Source of the DNA: a virus
Taxonomy: Duplodnaviria; Heunggongvirae; Uroviricota; Caudoviricetes
Reading direction: 5' to 3' (one strand)
DNA length: 17,898 nucleotides
IMG/VR virus record: IMGVR_UViG_648276670_000009
Span: 1 to 17,898 of that record
This document shows, piece by piece, positions 16,195 through 17,898 of this stretch. The number at the start of each line of letters is the position of its first letter. Positions within the stretch are counted from its first letter, which is position 1. Made by a program: the position numbers and the translations under genes. The notes beneath the pieces were generated by a model. The model was not told where the DNA came from and did not search any database. It saw only the letters and a list, made by a program, of their open reading frames with translations.

Positions 16195-16209
16195 CTGCAG
16201 GGGACACCA
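16195..16209 (+). other. Prophage attachment-site core: 3'-terminal 15 nt of a tRNA (CTGCAGGGGACACCA, argW-like) marking the prophage/chromosome junction
   Basis: Sequence ends in the acceptor 3' strand + discriminator + CCA, but no tRNA body precedes it (16135..16194 is unrelated). Typical of the displaced tRNA 3' end left at a prophage end. Confidence 0.6.
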
Positions 16210-16650
16210 GATACCCTTCAAACGAAATCTACCTTCACCCCGTAAAAGATGGGTTTGGCAGCACACTTGCCTTATATCTACTCATTTTTACTGCAACAGG
16301 TTGAAATCTCAGCACTGTCAGAAAGCGCTGATGACTAAACAGCCCTGGGCCGGGCGATGTAACCATCACACAGAATCCTGATAGCGAAATATGGCGTGAC
16401 TCGATACTTCACTCCGCAATGCATTCCTTGATGAATTCGCAGGACCGTGATACACGGGACAGGTCACTGAATGACGACAATGTCCTGGAAATCAGCGAAC
16501 CGCGCATCTGAAGTACATTTGAGCGACTGTACCAGAACATGAATGAGGCGTTTGGATTAGGCGATTATTAGCAGGGCTAAGCATTTTACTATTATTATTT
16601 TCCGGTTGAGGGATATAGAGCTATCGACAACAACCGGAAAAAGTTTACGT

Positions 16651-17898
16651 CTATATTGCTGAAGGTACAGGCGTTTCCATAACTATTTGCTCGCGTTTTT
16701 TACTCAAGAAGAAAATGCCAAATAGCAACATCAGGCAGACAATACCCGAAATTGCGAAGAAAACTGTCTGGTAGCCTGCGTGGTCAAAGAGTATCCCAGT
16801 CGGCGTTGAAAGCAGCACAATCCCAAGCGAACTGGCAATTTGAAAACCAATCAGAAAGATCGTCGACGACAGGCGCTTATCAAAGTTTGCCACGCTGTAT
16901 TTGAAGACGGATATGACACAAAGTGGAACCTCAATGGCATGTAACAACTTCACTAATGAAATAATCCAGGGGTTAACGAACAGCGCGCAGGAAAGGATAC
17001 GCAACGCCATAATCACAACTCCGATAAGTAATGCATTTTTTGGCCCTACCCGATTCACAAAGAAAGGAATAATCGCCATGCACAGCGCTTCGAGTACCAC
17101 CTGGAATGAGTTGAGATAACCATACAGGCGCGTTCCTACATCGTGTGATTCGAATAAACCTGCATAAAAGACAGGAAAAAGTTGTTGATCAAAAATGTTA
17201 TAGAAAGACCACGTCCCCACAATAAATATGACGAAAACCCAGAAGTTTCGATCCTTGAAAACTGCGATAAAATCCTCTTTTTTTACCCCTCCCGCATCTG
17301 CCGCTACGCACTGGTGATCCTTATCTTTAAAACGCATGTTGATCATCATAAATACAGCGCCAAATAGCGAGACCAACCAGAAGTTGATATGGGGACTGAT
17401 ACTAAAAAATATGCCGGCAAAGAACGCGCCAATAGCATAGCCAAAAGATCCCCAGGCGCGCGCTGTTCCATATTCGAAATGAAAATTTCGCGCCATTTTT
17501 TCGGTGAAGCTATCAAGCAAACCGCATCCCGCCAGATACCCCAAGCCAAAAAATAGCGCCCCCAGAATTAGACCTACAGAAAAATTGCTTTGCAGTAACG
17601 GTTCATAAACGTAAATCATAAACGGTCCGGTCAAGACCAGGATGAAACTCATACACCAGATGAGCGGTTTCTTCAGACCGAGTTTATCCTGAACGATGCC
17701 GTAGAACATCATAAATAGAATGCTGGTAAACTGGTTGACCGAATAAAGTGTACCTAATTCCGTCCCTGTCAACCCTAGATGTCCTTTCAGCCAAATAGCG
17801 TATAACGACCACCACAGCGACCAGGAAATAAAAAAGAGAAATGAGTAACTGGATGCAAAACGATAGTACGCATTTCTGAATGGAATATTCAGTGCCAT
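16651..17898 (-). CDS. cscB: LacY-family oligosaccharide:H+ symporter, sucrose permease CscB-like
   Basis: 415-aa ORF with 12 hydrophobic segments, starting at the last base of the window (ATG 17898..17896); recalled as matching CscB of the E. coli csc sucrose regulon, which is known to lie near argW. Confidence 0.7.
   Translation of the reverse strand: MALNIPFRNAYYRFASSYSFLFFISWSLWWSLYAIWLKGHLGLTGTELGTLYSVNQFTSILFMMFYGIVQDKLGLKKPLIWCMSFILVLTGPFMIYVYEPLLQSNFSVGLILGALFFGLGYLAGCGLLDSFTEKMARNFHFEYGTARAWGSFGYAIGAFFAGIFFSISPHINFWLVSLFGAVFMMINMRFKDKDHQCVAADAGGVKKEDFIAVFKDRNFWVFVIFIVGTWSFYNIFDQQLFPVFYAGLFESHDVGTRLYGYLNSFQVVLEALCMAIIPFFVNRVGPKNALLIGVVIMALRILSCALFVNPWIISLVKLLHAIEVPLCVISVFKYSVANFDKRLSSTIFLIGFQIASSLGIVLLSTPTGILFDHAGYQTVFFAISGIVCLMLLFGIFFLSKKREQIVMETPVPSAI

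Larger units (their letters stand above)
402..16209. mobile_element. Lambdoid prophage, in-window portion (late-gene side interrupted by the IS at 401/402; right end at the att core)
   Basis: Contiguous phage modules in lambda order (S, Q, nin, replication, cII-cro-cI, N, cIII-kil, recombination, ea-type genes, xis) with nut sites, pL/PR and terminators. Confidence 0.8.

Noticed and set aside
16122-16650. Integrase or a complete tRNA gene between the excisionase and cscB
   Set aside because: No ORF of integrase size exists here and only the 3'-terminal 15 nt of a tRNA is present; the remainder appears to be chromosomal intergenic sequence.

Overview
The window is the right-hand ~16 kb of a mosaic lambdoid prophage (402..16209), oriented so the late/replication genes read on the minus strand and the pL operon on the plus strand. 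The prophage is bounded on the left by an IS21-family insertion sequence that cuts the holin gene S, and on the right by a tRNA 3'-end attachment-site remnant followed by chromosomal DNA carrying a LacY-family sugar permease (cscB-like). Gene order, left to right: IS (istA 5' part) | S' (truncated) - tR'/PR' - Q - ninI - ninH - ninG - ninF - ninX-like - ninE-like - ninB - tR2 - DnaB-like helicase - O-like initiator with in-gene iterons - small ORF - cII (OOP-like antisense terminator) - nutR - cro - OR - cI (lambda-like C-terminal domain, divergent N-terminal domain) - terminator - pL - nutL - N - Cys-rich 210-aa protein - acidic 108-aa protein - terminator - 322-aa charged coiled-coil protein - cIII - kil - small ORF - erf - SSB-like - three unknown ORFs - disrupted ea22-like gene - AT-rich 93-aa moron - 266-aa unknown - 55-aa unknown - torI/alpA-like excisionase - att remnant | cscB. 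No integrase is present in the window. The prophage looks defective or decaying (IS in S, ea22 frameshift or deletion). All similarity statements are from memory of lambda and P22 protein sequences and from motifs read in the sequence; no database search was run. The best candidates for undescribed accessory functions are the uncharacterised genes in the N-to-cIII slot (9019..11137) and the ssb-to-xis slot (12699..15863).
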